Positions 22,072 through 37,480 of a DNA stretch of 64,000 bases are shown here, piece after piece. A program made the position numbers and the translations under genes. The notes beneath the pieces were generated by a model, which saw only the letters and a list, made by a program, of their open reading frames with translations, was not told the origin of the DNA and ran no database searches. This DNA is from a bacterium (lineage in GTDB: Bacteria > UBA8248), in NCBI GenBank assembly GCA_965219955.1, contig OZ244799.1, positions 3,488,001 to 3,552,000 of the forward strand, read 5' to 3'. The number at the start of each line of letters is the position of its first letter. The first letter of the stretch is position 1.

Positions 22072-22314
22072 ATGGACGTATTAGACAAAGAGATTGTGGC
22101 GTTTGAAAAAATGCGCGAACAATTAGAGGCAAAACACATTGGCAAGTGGGTTTTATTTCATCAGGAAAAAATGATTGGAACATTTGATACTTTCAATGAT
22201 GCGGCACAAGAGGCCGTAAAGAAGTTTGGTGAAGGCCCATACTTAATTCGACAAATCGGCGCAAGGCCACAATCTTTGCCGGCATCGGTATTGCATTGGC
22301 CTATAGATGTCTAG
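22072..22314 (+). CDS. small DUF5678-like protein
   Basis: GAGGA RBS; pattern L..KHIGKWVLFH...IGTFD...A.......FG..PYLIRQIG; AT-rich; overlaps the next gene. Confidence 0.7.
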   Translation: MDVLDKEIVAFEKMREQLEAKHIGKWVLFHQEKMIGTFDTFNDAAQEAVKKFGEGPYLIRQIGARPQSLPASVLHWPIDV

Positions 22315-22747
22315 TGTAGATTGTGGTTTTTCTAATGGAGATGATCTTATCAAGTATGGACCAACTTTGTTGGTAGATGTCGGTTTTGATCCAAATTTTG
22401 ATACCAAAATGGAGGGAGCGATTCCAATACCTTCAATCCAGCAGATTCATGCTGTTGTGGATACTGGAGCTACAATAAGTTGCATTGATAAGCAGTTAGC
22501 AAAACAGTTGAATCTCCCAATTGTAGACCGTGCTAATTTTGGTGGGATCAGTGGCAACTATCTGGCTGATATGCACGCAGCCCAGATATACATTCCTGCG
22601 CTAGATTTTATACAATATGGCTCCTTTGCCGGCGTTGATTTGATTTCTGGAGGGCAAAGACATTTCGTTTTAATTGGTCGAACATTTCTAAGTAGTTTTC
22701 AAATGAACTATGATGGCACCACTGGAAAAGTTATGATTAGCAGGTAA
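22307..22747 (+). CDS. retropepsin-like (clan AA) aspartyl protease
   Basis: AVVDTGATISCI catalytic motif and LIGRTFL C-terminal motif. Confidence 0.85.
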   Translation: MSSVDCGFSNGDDLIKYGPTLLVDVGFDPNFDTKMEGAIPIPSIQQIHAVVDTGATISCIDKQLAKQLNLPIVDRANFGGISGNYLADMHAAQIYIPALDFIQYGSFAGVDLISGGQRHFVLIGRTFLSSFQMNYDGTTGKVMISR

Positions 22748-22787
22748 TTTATTCTTGCCTGGTTACGTATATTATCCCCCCTGAAGC

Positions 22788-23690
22788 CTACCTGCCGAAG
22801 TGGTCCGCCAGGTAATTCTCGAGCGTTCTGGGCGTAAGGCCAAAAGTCTCTTTCATGGGAGAAGGGTCGCACACGTTGTCTTCGCCCAGCATCGTTATCT
22901 GATCCTCGGTGAAGGGGGGCTTCATCGGCAGCATGTTGAACAGCTTGGCCTGCAAGCGCGCGATGGCCGTGGGCAGGGGCACGAGCAGCCTCTTCTTGCC
23001 CATCGCCTCGACCAGCATGGAGAGAATCTCCCGGATCGGGTAGGCGGTGTCTCCGCCCATGTCGTAAGTCTGCCCGATGGTCTCGGGCATGGAGAGGCAT
23101 TGCGCGAAACAGCGGCAGACGTCTTCCACCCAGATGGGCTGGAGCTTGCCCCCTCCTCCGCCGATGAGGGGAAGAGCGGGCGCCATGCGCGCGATGCCGG
23201 CGAAGGTGTTCAGGAACTCGTCGTTCTCGCCGAAGATGATGGAGGGCCTGAAAATCGTCCAGTCCAGCTCGCTCTCGCGAACGAACTGCTCGGCGGCGAA
23301 TTTGGATTTATGATAGCGGGCGACGGCGTTTTCCCTCGTGCCCAGTGCGCTCATGTGCACGAAGCGCTTCACCCCCGCCTGCTCGGCGGCGGCCACCATG
23401 CGGCGCGTGCCCTCGGTATGGACCGCCTCGAAACCGGGCGTTCCCTTCTCGATGATGATGCCCACCAGGTGGATCACGGCGTCTTGTTTCTTTATCAGCT
23501 CGGCGAGCTGATCGACCGAATACTCCGTGATGTCGCCGCGCACGGGAAAGGCCCCGCTTATCGAGGTGAGGCGCTGCCTCGCCGGTTCGGGGTCGCGCGA
23601 GAGCGTCCTGATCTCATGGCCCGCCAGCGACAGAAGCGAGAGAAGCGTGCCGCCGACATATCCTGTTCCGCCCGTCAAGAAAACTTTCAT
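22788..23690 (-). CDS. NDUFA9-like atypical SDR / NAD-dependent epimerase
   Basis: TGGTGYVG, HMSALG, YHKSK, FRPSIIFG, QPIWVEDV. Confidence 0.88.
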   Translation of the reverse strand: MKVFLTGGTGYVGGTLLSLLSLAGHEIRTLSRDPEPARQRLTSISGAFPVRGDITEYSVDQLAELIKKQDAVIHLVGIIIEKGTPGFEAVHTEGTRRMVAAAEQAGVKRFVHMSALGTRENAVARYHKSKFAAEQFVRESELDWTIFRPSIIFGENDEFLNTFAGIARMAPALPLIGGGGGKLQPIWVEDVCRCFAQCLSMPETIGQTYDMGGDTAYPIREILSMLVEAMGKKRLLVPLPTAIARLQAKLFNMLPMKPPFTEDQITMLGEDNVCDPSPMKETFGLTPRTLENYLADHFGR

Positions 23691-23726
23691 GATTCACTAC
23701 CTCCCCCACGAAGCGGATGAATCCGC

Positions 23727-24995
23727 TCAGCGTTCGCCCCCGATGCGCGTGACGGCGCCCACCGGAGGTTCGTTCTTCGTCAATTCCCGCAATACCTCGC
23801 TCGCATAGGCCCCCGGCGGCAGCGTGAAGAAGAGGCGCAGGCCTTCCTTTTCCGGCCTCAGGCTCTCCTCTTTCATCCGTACGCGATACGGGCGTCTGGA
23901 GCCATGAAGATTCAGGCTCTCCAGCCCATCGAGAACGCCCGGCCCCCCGGCGCGGAGGGATTCTAGCACGCTTCGTTCGAGTTTTCCCGCCTCCCCGCGG
24001 GCATCCACGAGTTTTCGGCCGACCAAGGGTCCCGCCGGACTCACCTCGAAGCGCTCAAGCGCGCGCGCCTCTTTCCCGGGCGCGCCCACCCTTCTGGTTT
24101 TGCCCGTTTCATGGTGAAAAATCACGTCGCCCACCCAGATTTCAGCGTGCGCGCGCGCTTCGAGCCTTCTTGCGAGACAGAGGTTGAACACGCACGCCTG
24201 AAACGCGCCGCCGTACAAGACCCGCTCTCTCGCGGGAATCGAGGCCAACGCCTGCCCGGGCGAAGCGCCTTGCTCCAGGCGGGCGAGCGCACGCCTCTCC
24301 GCCTCCCAGGAAGGGGGATAGAGCTCCCTCGCCCTCCCGAACGCGCCCGCCTCATACCTGCGGGCGGCCTCCAGCAAGCGCTCATCCGCATCGTTTCGCG
24401 TGAACGTGAATCGCTCCGAACCCAGGAGCGCATCCAAAGCGCCGCGCCAGTCTCCCTTCACGAGCGCGAAACCGACTCGCGCCGTATGGCCGTGAACCCC
24501 GAATCTCTGATCGCCGAACGCGTTGGGCAATCCCCGCTCGGCGAGGCGATCCAGAATCTCCCGCGCTCTCTTTTCGGCATCGGGGCCGACGTCCCGAACC
24601 AGGATCTCGAAACGATTCCCCGCGAGCGCGCCGCGCCTCATCCGGGTTCGAGAGCGCGCCGCCTCGAGAACCCGTATCCCGTCTTGCTCCAGCCCCAGGA
24701 CGGCGCCCGGAACCTCCTGTGTTTTCGTCTTGAAGGAAAGCCACTGCCGGGTCACCGCATCGGCGTCCTTCAGGCCCGCATAGCCGGCTTCCGTCTCGGG
24801 GACGTCCAGCGCCCCGCACAGGGAGCGCAGCGCCTCGATGGTCGGTACGCCGCGCTTCTCCACCCACAGGTGGAGATGCTCCCCGTCGCCGCTCGGGGGC
24901 GCGAGCGGAATCTCCTCCACGCGGAAATCCTCCGGCCTCGCGCGCAGGCGCCCGCCAATGCCGGGCACGGAACCGGTGAGATACGTCCCCTCCAT
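23727..24995 (-). CDS. truD: tRNA pseudouridine(13) synthase
   Basis: PEDFRVEE, AGLKD..AVTRQW, GNRF, N.FGDQRFG, F.LPPGAYA. Confidence 0.92.
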   Translation of the reverse strand: MEGTYLTGSVPGIGGRLRARPEDFRVEEIPLAPPSGDGEHLHLWVEKRGVPTIEALRSLCGALDVPETEAGYAGLKDADAVTRQWLSFKTKTQEVPGAVLGLEQDGIRVLEAARSRTRMRRGALAGNRFEILVRDVGPDAEKRAREILDRLAERGLPNAFGDQRFGVHGHTARVGFALVKGDWRGALDALLGSERFTFTRNDADERLLEAARRYEAGAFGRARELYPPSWEAERRALARLEQGASPGQALASIPARERVLYGGAFQACVFNLCLARRLEARAHAEIWVGDVIFHHETGKTRRVGAPGKEARALERFEVSPAGPLVGRKLVDARGEAGKLERSVLESLRAGGPGVLDGLESLNLHGSRRPYRVRMKEESLRPEKEGLRLFFTLPPGAYASEVLRELTKNEPPVGAVTRIGGER

Positions 24996-25152
24996 TCCCC
25001 CTCCCCCGGAACCCCGGAAAACGAGCCGTTTCGATTCCTGCCCCGGCCTGCCCGGTCGGTTCACTCCTTGCGTTCTTGGGGCTATACTCGCGGTTCCTGC
25101 GGAGCGAATCCACCCGGCGTCATTTGTGTTTCACTTTCTATGAGGAACGAAC

Positions 25153-25671
25153 ATGTCCGGCATTTTCGACAAGACTTCTCTTTTTCTCGCGGGCATCGCG
25201 CTGCTCCTGGCGTTTCTGGCGTACCAGAAAACCGGGGAACTGCCCTGGGCTCCCGCGGGCCGCGCGGGAAGCCTCATCGTGACCATTCTTCCCAAGCTCA
25301 TGATCGGCATGTTCATCGGTGCGCTCGTGGCCGATGTCCTGCCGAAGGAGATCCTGCAGAACTGGCTCTCCGATCGCTCCGGCTGGCGCGGCATCTTCAT
25401 CGGATGGCTGACGGGGTTCATGTTCCCCATGGGCGCGCCCTTCGTCCTCTATCCGCTCGTGGCCGGGCTGTTGCAGGGGGGCGCGGGCTTCGGGCCGATG
25501 ATAACGATGCTCACCTCAGCGGCCCTGATCGGCCCGGTGCGCGCGTTCGCGTATGAAATCCCCATTCTCGGAACGGAGTTCTTCACCTTCCGCGTCATCT
25601 CGGTGTTCTGGATTCCGCCCGTGGCGGGCGTCGTCGCTCAAACGCTCGCGCGCGTCCTGAAAGGCGGCTAG
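25153..25671 (+). CDS. putative permease (DUF318/ArsP-like half-size)
   Basis: Four to five TM segments; WL...SGWRG and P.G.PFV.YPL....L..GAG.GP pattern. Confidence 0.65.
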   Translation: MSGIFDKTSLFLAGIALLLAFLAYQKTGELPWAPAGRAGSLIVTILPKLMIGMFIGALVADVLPKEILQNWLSDRSGWRGIFIGWLTGFMFPMGAPFVLYPLVAGLLQGGAGFGPMITMLTSAALIGPVRAFAYEIPILGTEFFTFRVISVFWIPPVAGVVAQTLARVLKGG

Positions 25672-26567
25672 GCGCTTCTTCGGGGAACTTCGATGGGCAG
25701 ATCTTCGCGATCGCCCCATTCCTTCCAGGAACCGAGATAGTTCCTGATCCGCGGGTAGCCGAGCAGCCGATAGACGAGATAGGCGTGCGCCGAGCGGTAG
25801 CCGCCCTGGCAGAGCGGCACCATTTCCTTGTCCGGCGTCAGGCCCCTCGGCGCAAGCAGCTCCCGCAGTTCGGAGGCGGGCCTGAGCGAGCCGTCCGCCG
25901 CGATGGCCTCGCTCCATTCGAGGAGGATCGAACCCGGAATCGCGCCTCCGCGCGCGGCCCGGACGTTCTCGGCGAAATACTCACCCTCCGAGCGCGTGTC
26001 GTGAATCGCAACGTCGGGATCGCCCAGATGGTCCAGTATGTAATCCGCCGTGGCGATGCGCCCTTCTTCATACGGCTTCAAACGGCTCGCGAACGCGGTT
26101 CTTAAAATGCGCCTGTGGCCCCCGATGCCCGCCTCGTAGGGGCCTCCCGCCATCGGCCAGGCGTCGCGCGTTACGGGCAGCCCCTCGGCCTTCCAGGCGT
26201 CGATGCCACCGTCCAGAACGTGCGCGTCCTCATGGCCCAGGTATTCCAGGAACCAGAACCCGCGCGCCGAGCGGAAGCCCGTGTTCTCCTGATAGAAGAC
26301 CACCGTCTTGTCGTAATCGACGCCCCGTATCTCCATGAGATAGGCAAGCATCCAGGTGAAGGCCGCCAGCGCCTGCGGGCGGGTGTCGTTGAGCGAGATT
26401 CCGTACAAGTCCAGGTGTGCTGCGCCCTCGATGTGGCCCGCGCAAAACTCGGGCGCCTGGCGGGTGTCGATGATGACGAGGTCATCCCCCTTGCGCCCGC
26501 CGATGCGCTCGGCGAGTTGCCCCGGCGTGAGGGCGAGACCCGGATTCACGTAGCCCTTGTCGCTCAT
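25668..26567 (-). CDS. tandem-domain rhodanese / sulfurtransferase
   Basis: GHIEGA, VLDGG..AW, G.IPGS, active loop CQGGYRSA, YLGSW.EW. Confidence 0.9.
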   Translation of the reverse strand: MSDKGYVNPGLALTPGQLAERIGGRKGDDLVIIDTRQAPEFCAGHIEGAAHLDLYGISLNDTRPQALAAFTWMLAYLMEIRGVDYDKTVVFYQENTGFRSARGFWFLEYLGHEDAHVLDGGIDAWKAEGLPVTRDAWPMAGGPYEAGIGGHRRILRTAFASRLKPYEEGRIATADYILDHLGDPDVAIHDTRSEGEYFAENVRAARGGAIPGSILLEWSEAIAADGSLRPASELRELLAPRGLTPDKEMVPLCQGGYRSAHAYLVYRLLGYPRIRNYLGSWKEWGDREDLPIEVPRRSA

Positions 26568-26577
26568 CGGCAACGCC

Positions 26578-27123
26578 TTACCTGAACTCGCGCGGGCTGA
26601 GCGGCTCGAGCCTGTCCGAGAGTTCCCTCGTTGCCGGCGAAGCCTGGAGCGGGCGCACGTAGACCTTTGCCTTCCCCTCCGGGGTGACGAACCGGTAGCT
26701 CAGCTTGGCGACCTGGCCGTAGTTGTACCAGACGTGCGTGTTGCGCTCCCCGCCGGTGACCAGAAGCAGATGGATCATCTCGACCGCTCCCCCCGAGCCG
26801 GTGATGATCTCGAGCCGGTCGATCTCGCGGGCGAAGGTTTCGGCTTTCCCCGTCGCCAGGGTAATCGTGACGATGAGGTCCAGCGGGCGCTGCGGCTCCG
26901 CGGGCGTCAGGGGAGCCTGCTGCGGCATCGCGGGCGCAGGCGGCGCCAGGGTCGGGACCGCCGGAGGCGGCTGGCCCGGAACCGTGCCGGGCGAAGCGGG
27001 CTGCGCTTCGGGCGGGGTGAGCGGCGGCGGCGTCAAGCTCTGCGCCCCGGCGCTCACCGCCAGAAAGAGCAGTCCAAGAATCGCGATTTGCAGCGACAGA
27101 AACCGTCTTTTTTTTGAACGCAT
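26578..27123 (-). CDS. exported Pro-rich hypothetical protein
   Basis: Signal peptide, Pro-rich linker, small beta-rich domain; GGAG RBS; tightly packed in the operon. Confidence 0.7.
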   Translation of the reverse strand: MRSKKRRFLSLQIAILGLLFLAVSAGAQSLTPPPLTPPEAQPASPGTVPGQPPPAVPTLAPPAPAMPQQAPLTPAEPQRPLDLIVTITLATGKAETFAREIDRLEIITGSGGAVEMIHLLLVTGGERNTHVWYNYGQVAKLSYRFVTPEGKAKVYVRPLQASPATRELSDRLEPLSPREFR

Positions 27124-27195
27124 AATACTCTCCTTTTCCGGGGAGCCGTGTTTCGTTTTTTTCTTGAGTCGTATGGGGAATTATACCCACATATC

Positions 27196-28776
27196 TCATT
27201 TCGGCGCATCCGCAGCGCAGCGAAATCCGTATGCGGGCAACCTGCGGTCGGGGAGGGCGCCCGTTCTGTGAGATGAAGCCAGCGCCCACCACCCGTTCAC
27301 CCAGGACCCGCCCTTGAGCGTTCGCAGCGGCCGGCCGTTTTGCCTGACCGGCCGAGCGCCTTCACGCCCGTTCTTGAACTCGTCCTCCACCCACTCCCAG
27401 ACGTTCCCGGCCAGATCCTCCACGCCGTGAACGCTGGCGCCCTCCGGGCGCCTTCCCACGGCCTTGGGGCCTCCTGCATCGGGGCTCAGGCCGAAGACGG
27501 CATTCCTGTCGCGCCGCGCATTCCCCCACGGATACCGCCTGCCCTTGTCCGCGCCCCGGGCGGCGTACTCCCATTCCGCCTCCGTGGGGAGGCGCTTCCC
27601 GGCCCACGCGCAGTACGCGCGCGCCTCTTCCCACGTCACCCCCACCACGGGGAGGTGCGGGCCGGTGAAGTGGACTTTGCGCCAAAAGGGGGGCTCCGGC
27701 CCGTTCGTCGCGCGCACGAAATCCCCGTAAAGCGCATTCGTTACTTCGAACTTGTCCAGGCGAAACGATGCGACCTCGACGGGGCGCCCGCCCGTCGCCT
27801 TGAGAATCACGCGCCTGCGGCGCCACCTTCTGCGAGAGCGATTCGTGTTGGTGTACTCGACGCCCATCATGAAGCGCCCGCCGGGAATGTCCACCATTCC
27901 CTCGAGAGAAGGCTTGCGGACGGGTGGAGGCGTCCGTGGCTTCGGCGCTTCCGGGGCAGGCTCGGCGGGCGCGAGCCTCGCGGTTTCGGTTTTCGGCTCC
28001 GGTTTTGGTTCGGCTTCGGTTTTCAGTTTCGGTTTCGGCTCTGGTTCCGGTTTCGATTCCGTTTCCGGAACCGCGCCGGTTTCGGCCGGGGGAGCCTCGG
28101 GTTTTTCCTCCTCCCCCTTTTCCGTCGGGAGCCGGGGAGGGGGCAAGCCCTTGATGGCGCGCGCCTTGAGTTCATACTCGATGTTGGTGAGCTCGGGCCA
28201 CCTCGACTTGTCGAGCGAGCCGAGCAGCGCCTTCGCCTCTTTCAGCCGCCCGTAGCGATACAGCAGATAGGCGAGCCCTCGCCGGGCGCTGCCGCTTTCG
28301 GGGTAGCGCGTGTTCGCCAGCCGGAAAAAGAAAAACGCCTCATCGGGGCGATTCGAGTCGTACAGGGTCCAGCCGAGCCCCGTGAGCGCATGGAGAAGCT
28401 CCGGCTCGTGAACGAGCGCCTCGCGAAAATTCTTCTCGGCGAATTTGTAATCCTCCTGGCGGTAGGCCGATTCTCCTGTTGCGCTCAAAGTCTCGCCGCG
28501 GCTCGGCGGGGGCGGCTCGGATTCCAGCGGGGGCGCCGATTCCCCGGGGGAGGGTGGTTTATGCTCCGGCGGAGGCGCGGGAGCCACAGAACGTGTTCGC
28601 TTCAGCGCCTGGGCGGAGAAAGTGGCGTCCCGGGCCTGTTTTTGCTCCGGCGCAACCGGCTCCCGGGCCGGCGGCTCCGCGCCGCCGCACCCAATGCCCG
28701 AGAAAACCAGTACGAGGAAACATGCAAAGGACCAGCGCAGAGGCGGAAGCCCGCCCCCTTTGTTTTTTTCTCGCAT
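27196..28776 (-). CDS. TPR + FGE-sulfatase (SUMF1) domain lipoprotein
   Basis: Lipobox-like GIGC, TPR helices, PEPK repeats, EVTN, PVVGVTW, RLPTEAEWEYAARG, AGNVWEW, GFRC. Confidence 0.85.
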   Translation of the reverse strand: MREKNKGGGLPPLRWSFACFLVLVFSGIGCGGAEPPAREPVAPEQKQARDATFSAQALKRTRSVAPAPPPEHKPPSPGESAPPLESEPPPPSRGETLSATGESAYRQEDYKFAEKNFREALVHEPELLHALTGLGWTLYDSNRPDEAFFFFRLANTRYPESGSARRGLAYLLYRYGRLKEAKALLGSLDKSRWPELTNIEYELKARAIKGLPPPRLPTEKGEEEKPEAPPAETGAVPETESKPEPEPKPKLKTEAEPKPEPKTETARLAPAEPAPEAPKPRTPPPVRKPSLEGMVDIPGGRFMMGVEYTNTNRSRRRWRRRRVILKATGGRPVEVASFRLDKFEVTNALYGDFVRATNGPEPPFWRKVHFTGPHLPVVGVTWEEARAYCAWAGKRLPTEAEWEYAARGADKGRRYPWGNARRDRNAVFGLSPDAGGPKAVGRRPEGASVHGVEDLAGNVWEWVEDEFKNGREGARPVRQNGRPLRTLKGGSWVNGWWALASSHRTGALPDRRLPAYGFRCAADAPK

Positions 28777-28790
28777 CACCCACCCAATGT

Positions 28791-31220
<2,430 letters not shown>

Positions 31221-31360
31221 GCTCTCGAAAATCTCCTGCCGACGGCTCGTACGAAGGCCGTCTCGATGGCTCCAGAAAACCGGATAGGGGCGACCCAGGC
31301 GGGGGGAACTCAAACACTGCCTTATACCATAGAAAGGGTTGCCTCGACAAACAAACGCAA

Positions 31361-31465
31361 CCACGGACGGTGGATTTCATGGAGGTGTAAGCGCCCTCTT
31401 CTCAAGGGGTTGGAGGTGCGGATCCCTCCCGGCTTTCCTGATTGCCCCAACGCCTCCGTTCGTGG
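31361..31465 (+). ncRNA. candidate structured RNA / cis-regulatory leader
   Basis: Nested stems CCACGGACGG/CCGTTCGTGG and GGAGGTGT/ACGCCTCC enclosing hairpins; G-U pairs favour the + strand. Confidence 0.4.
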
Positions 31466-31519
31466 AGAATAGCAGGGTCCGAAACCAGGGTGAATTTCTT
31501 CTCTCATGCGAGGGCATCC

Positions 31520-31978
31520 ATGCGATTCTCACTTAGGTCCGCCGGGAATATCCGCCTCGTCCCGGCCGTCGTTTTCTTCTTGGCGCTGCTCGCTTCCACG
31601 GCGATGGTGGAAAGTCACAAGGATGACCAGGGCGAGACCCACTCACCCGAAGTGGGGGGCTTGATGGAGAAGCTGGACGCAGACTTCGCCGGGCTGGTTC
31701 AGGCCGTCCTCGTCGTCTCGGTTCAGGAACTCGTGAGCGAGACGCCGTTCCCGGCCATCGAAATACAGGCGGAGTCCATCGCCGCCACGGCGAAAATCCT
31801 GCCGCGCGCGGAAGAGTTCCGGGGGGATCATTCGATGCTCGTCCTCTCGCGCCAGCTCGAAGCCGCCGCCAATGGCCTTGCGAAGGCGGCGAGGAACAAA
31901 AACCTGGGCGCGGCCGTCAAGGCGCTGGTGGCGACACACGGCGTTTGCGTGCGCTGTCACGAGGACGCGCGCTTCTAG
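31520..31978 (+). CDS. class II cytochrome c (cytochrome c'-like)
   Basis: Signal peptide, helical body, single C-terminal CVRCH haem motif. Confidence 0.75.
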   Translation: MRFSLRSAGNIRLVPAVVFFLALLASTAMVESHKDDQGETHSPEVGGLMEKLDADFAGLVQAVLVVSVQELVSETPFPAIEIQAESIAATAKILPRAEEFRGDHSMLVLSRQLEAAANGLAKAARNKNLGAAVKALVATHGVCVRCHEDARF

Positions 31979-32021
31979 TTCCGGGAAAATGACGGGCCTT
32001 CGCGCTCCGCGGGAGAGCGCG

Positions 32022-35632
<3,611 letters not shown>

Positions 35633-35659
35633 GGGTTATCCTCAGGCACTGACTCTAAT

Positions 35660-35861
35660 AGAACCTTATATAACATCTAAAGAGCAGTAGCAGTAGGGGC
35701 GGGAAAATTGTGAACAACCGCAGAAGGCGCTGAAAAAGAAGTTCTTGCATGGCCGGAGGGGTGTGGAATTGTTTGTGGGTAAAGGTGAAGGACCGGGTGT
35801 TTTTTCGTCGAGCGCGCCCAGTACAGGGGTTTCAACATGGTTATTCACAACTCTTTCCACG
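35660..35861. other. oriC (unwinding sub-region): AT-rich DUE, DnaA-trios and DnaA boxes
   Basis: CTTATATAACATCTAA, GAG-CAG-TAG-CAG-TAG trios (35682-35696), GC spacer, TGTGAACAA 35709, TGTGGGTAA 35774, TTATTCACA 35841. Confidence 0.85.
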
Positions 35862-35867
35862 GGTGTT

Positions 35868-37262
35868 TCAGGAAAGGTCTATTTTTTGTTCGAGTGTCTG
35901 GATGGTGCCGGATAGTGTTTGATCCGTCTTGAGAAGGCCCTCGATCTTTTGGGTGGAGTGGATAACCGTGGAGTGGTCTTTTCCGCCGAATCGCCGGCCG
36001 ATATCGGTTGTCGAGGCGCTGGTGAGTTTTCTTGCGAGGTACATGGCGATCTGGCGGGGGACGGCGAATGAGCGCGAGCGGTTTTTCGATTTCAGGTCGC
36101 TGACCCGTACCTGGAAGTGCTCGGCGACGATTTTCTGGATGTTGTCGACAGAAGAGTTGCGGGCGGGGTCGCGGATGATGCTGCGCAGAACCTCTTGCGC
36201 AACCGGCAGGTCGATCTCGATGCTGTGTAAAGAGGCGTGTATGCTGAGTCTTATAAGGCACCCTTCGAGCTCCCGGACGTTGGAGCGAACCTTCTCGGCA
36301 ACGTAGTGGGCGACCTCCCTGTCGAGAAAGTGGCCTTGCTCGGCGGCCTTTTTTTGCAGGATGGCCACCTTGGTCTCGAAATCCGGCGCGCCGATGTCCG
36401 CTATCATTCCTGACGAGAAGCGAGACCTGAGCCGGTCTTCCAGCCCCGGCGTGTCCTTTGGCATTTTGTCAGACGTGATGACGATCTGTTTTTCGTCCCG
36501 TTGCAGGGCCTCGAAAGTGAAGAAGAATTCCTCCCGGGTGCGATCCTTTCCGGCGAGGAACTGGATGTCGTCTATCATCAGGATGTCGACTTTCCTGTAT
36601 TTGTTTCTGATGGCGGCCATCTGATCCTGTCTGATCGCGGCGATGACTTCGTTTGTGAAGCTCTCCGAAGAAGTGTAAAAGACGCGCGCCCTCGGGTACT
36701 GATCGAGAATGCGGTGGCCGATGGCATGCATCAGGTGGGTCTTCCCGAGCCCCACGCCGCCGTAGATGAAAAGCGGAGCGTGGGTGACCCCCACGCCGTC
36801 CGCCAGGCGAAGGCTGCAGGCGTGGGCGAATTGATTCGAGTGGCCTACCACGAAGTTCTCGAAGCGGTACTTGGGATTGAGGAAGGCCGGCCTCTCCGGA
36901 TGGGGCTGGGCCTTCTCCTGAAGCGGCGGCAACCTCTCCGGGGAAACCGTTTCGGCAGACGAAAAAGAGGCGTTCGCCCCGTTTTCTGATGACAAATCGC
37001 TCGCCGACAGGCTGAGCATGACATTCGGCCCGCCCTCTTGTTTGAGAATTTCGGTGATGATTCCCCAGTAACGCGAGCGCAAAGTGTTCGCCGTGAACGG
37101 GTCGGGCGCCTGGATAGCGAGAGAGGACTCGCTTGAGCCGAGCTCTTCGATGCCCGCGAACCAGCGGGTAAACGTCTGGGGGGAGACTTCCTGCTTGATT
37201 TTTTCCGCGCATCGCTGCCAGAGGGTTGTCATTCGGGGATCCGATTCCGCATTATTCGCCAC
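35868..37262 (-). CDS. dnaA: chromosomal replication initiator DnaA
   Basis: LNPKY.FENFVVG.SN, GGVGLGKTHL, IDDIQF, NVRELEG, RQIAMYL, GKDHSTV. Confidence 0.97.
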   Translation of the reverse strand: MANNAESDPRMTTLWQRCAEKIKQEVSPQTFTRWFAGIEELGSSESSLAIQAPDPFTANTLRSRYWGIITEILKQEGGPNVMLSLSASDLSSENGANASFSSAETVSPERLPPLQEKAQPHPERPAFLNPKYRFENFVVGHSNQFAHACSLRLADGVGVTHAPLFIYGGVGLGKTHLMHAIGHRILDQYPRARVFYTSSESFTNEVIAAIRQDQMAAIRNKYRKVDILMIDDIQFLAGKDRTREEFFFTFEALQRDEKQIVITSDKMPKDTPGLEDRLRSRFSSGMIADIGAPDFETKVAILQKKAAEQGHFLDREVAHYVAEKVRSNVRELEGCLIRLSIHASLHSIEIDLPVAQEVLRSIIRDPARNSSVDNIQKIVAEHFQVRVSDLKSKNRSRSFAVPRQIAMYLARKLTSASTTDIGRRFGGKDHSTVIHSTQKIEGLLKTDQTLSGTIQTLEQKIDLS

Positions 37263-37273
37263 GCAACGGCGAG

Positions 37274-37395
37274 TTATCCACAGGGCGCTTCAAAAACTGA
37301 CCTAGAGAAGGCATTTTTCCACAAAAGCGCGGGCATGACAAGAAAATTTTCCACAAAACGAGCCAAAAATTTCCGTTTTTCGTTTTTGTGAACGA
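37274..37395. promoter_or_regulatory. DnaA box cluster upstream of dnaA
   Basis: TTATCCACA 37274-37282; TTTTCCACA 37315 and 37347; TGTGAACGA 37387. Confidence 0.85.
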
Positions 37396-37480
37396 AAACG
37401 CGCATCCTGACGGAAAATGACATAGGACGCTCTGCCCGCCCGGGCCTGATGGGCCGAGGCGCATCCCCGGCAAGAGGTTC

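Noticed and set aside
27196-28776. FGE-domain protein as a diversity-generating retroelement target
   Set aside because: No reverse transcriptase and no template repeat matching its 3' end seen in the window
31361-31465. tRNA, tRNA-Sec, SRP or 6S RNA
   Set aside because: Lacks TTCRA T-loop and anticodon geometry, the SRP GGAA/AGCAG motif, and 6S length; kept only as an unknown structured RNA
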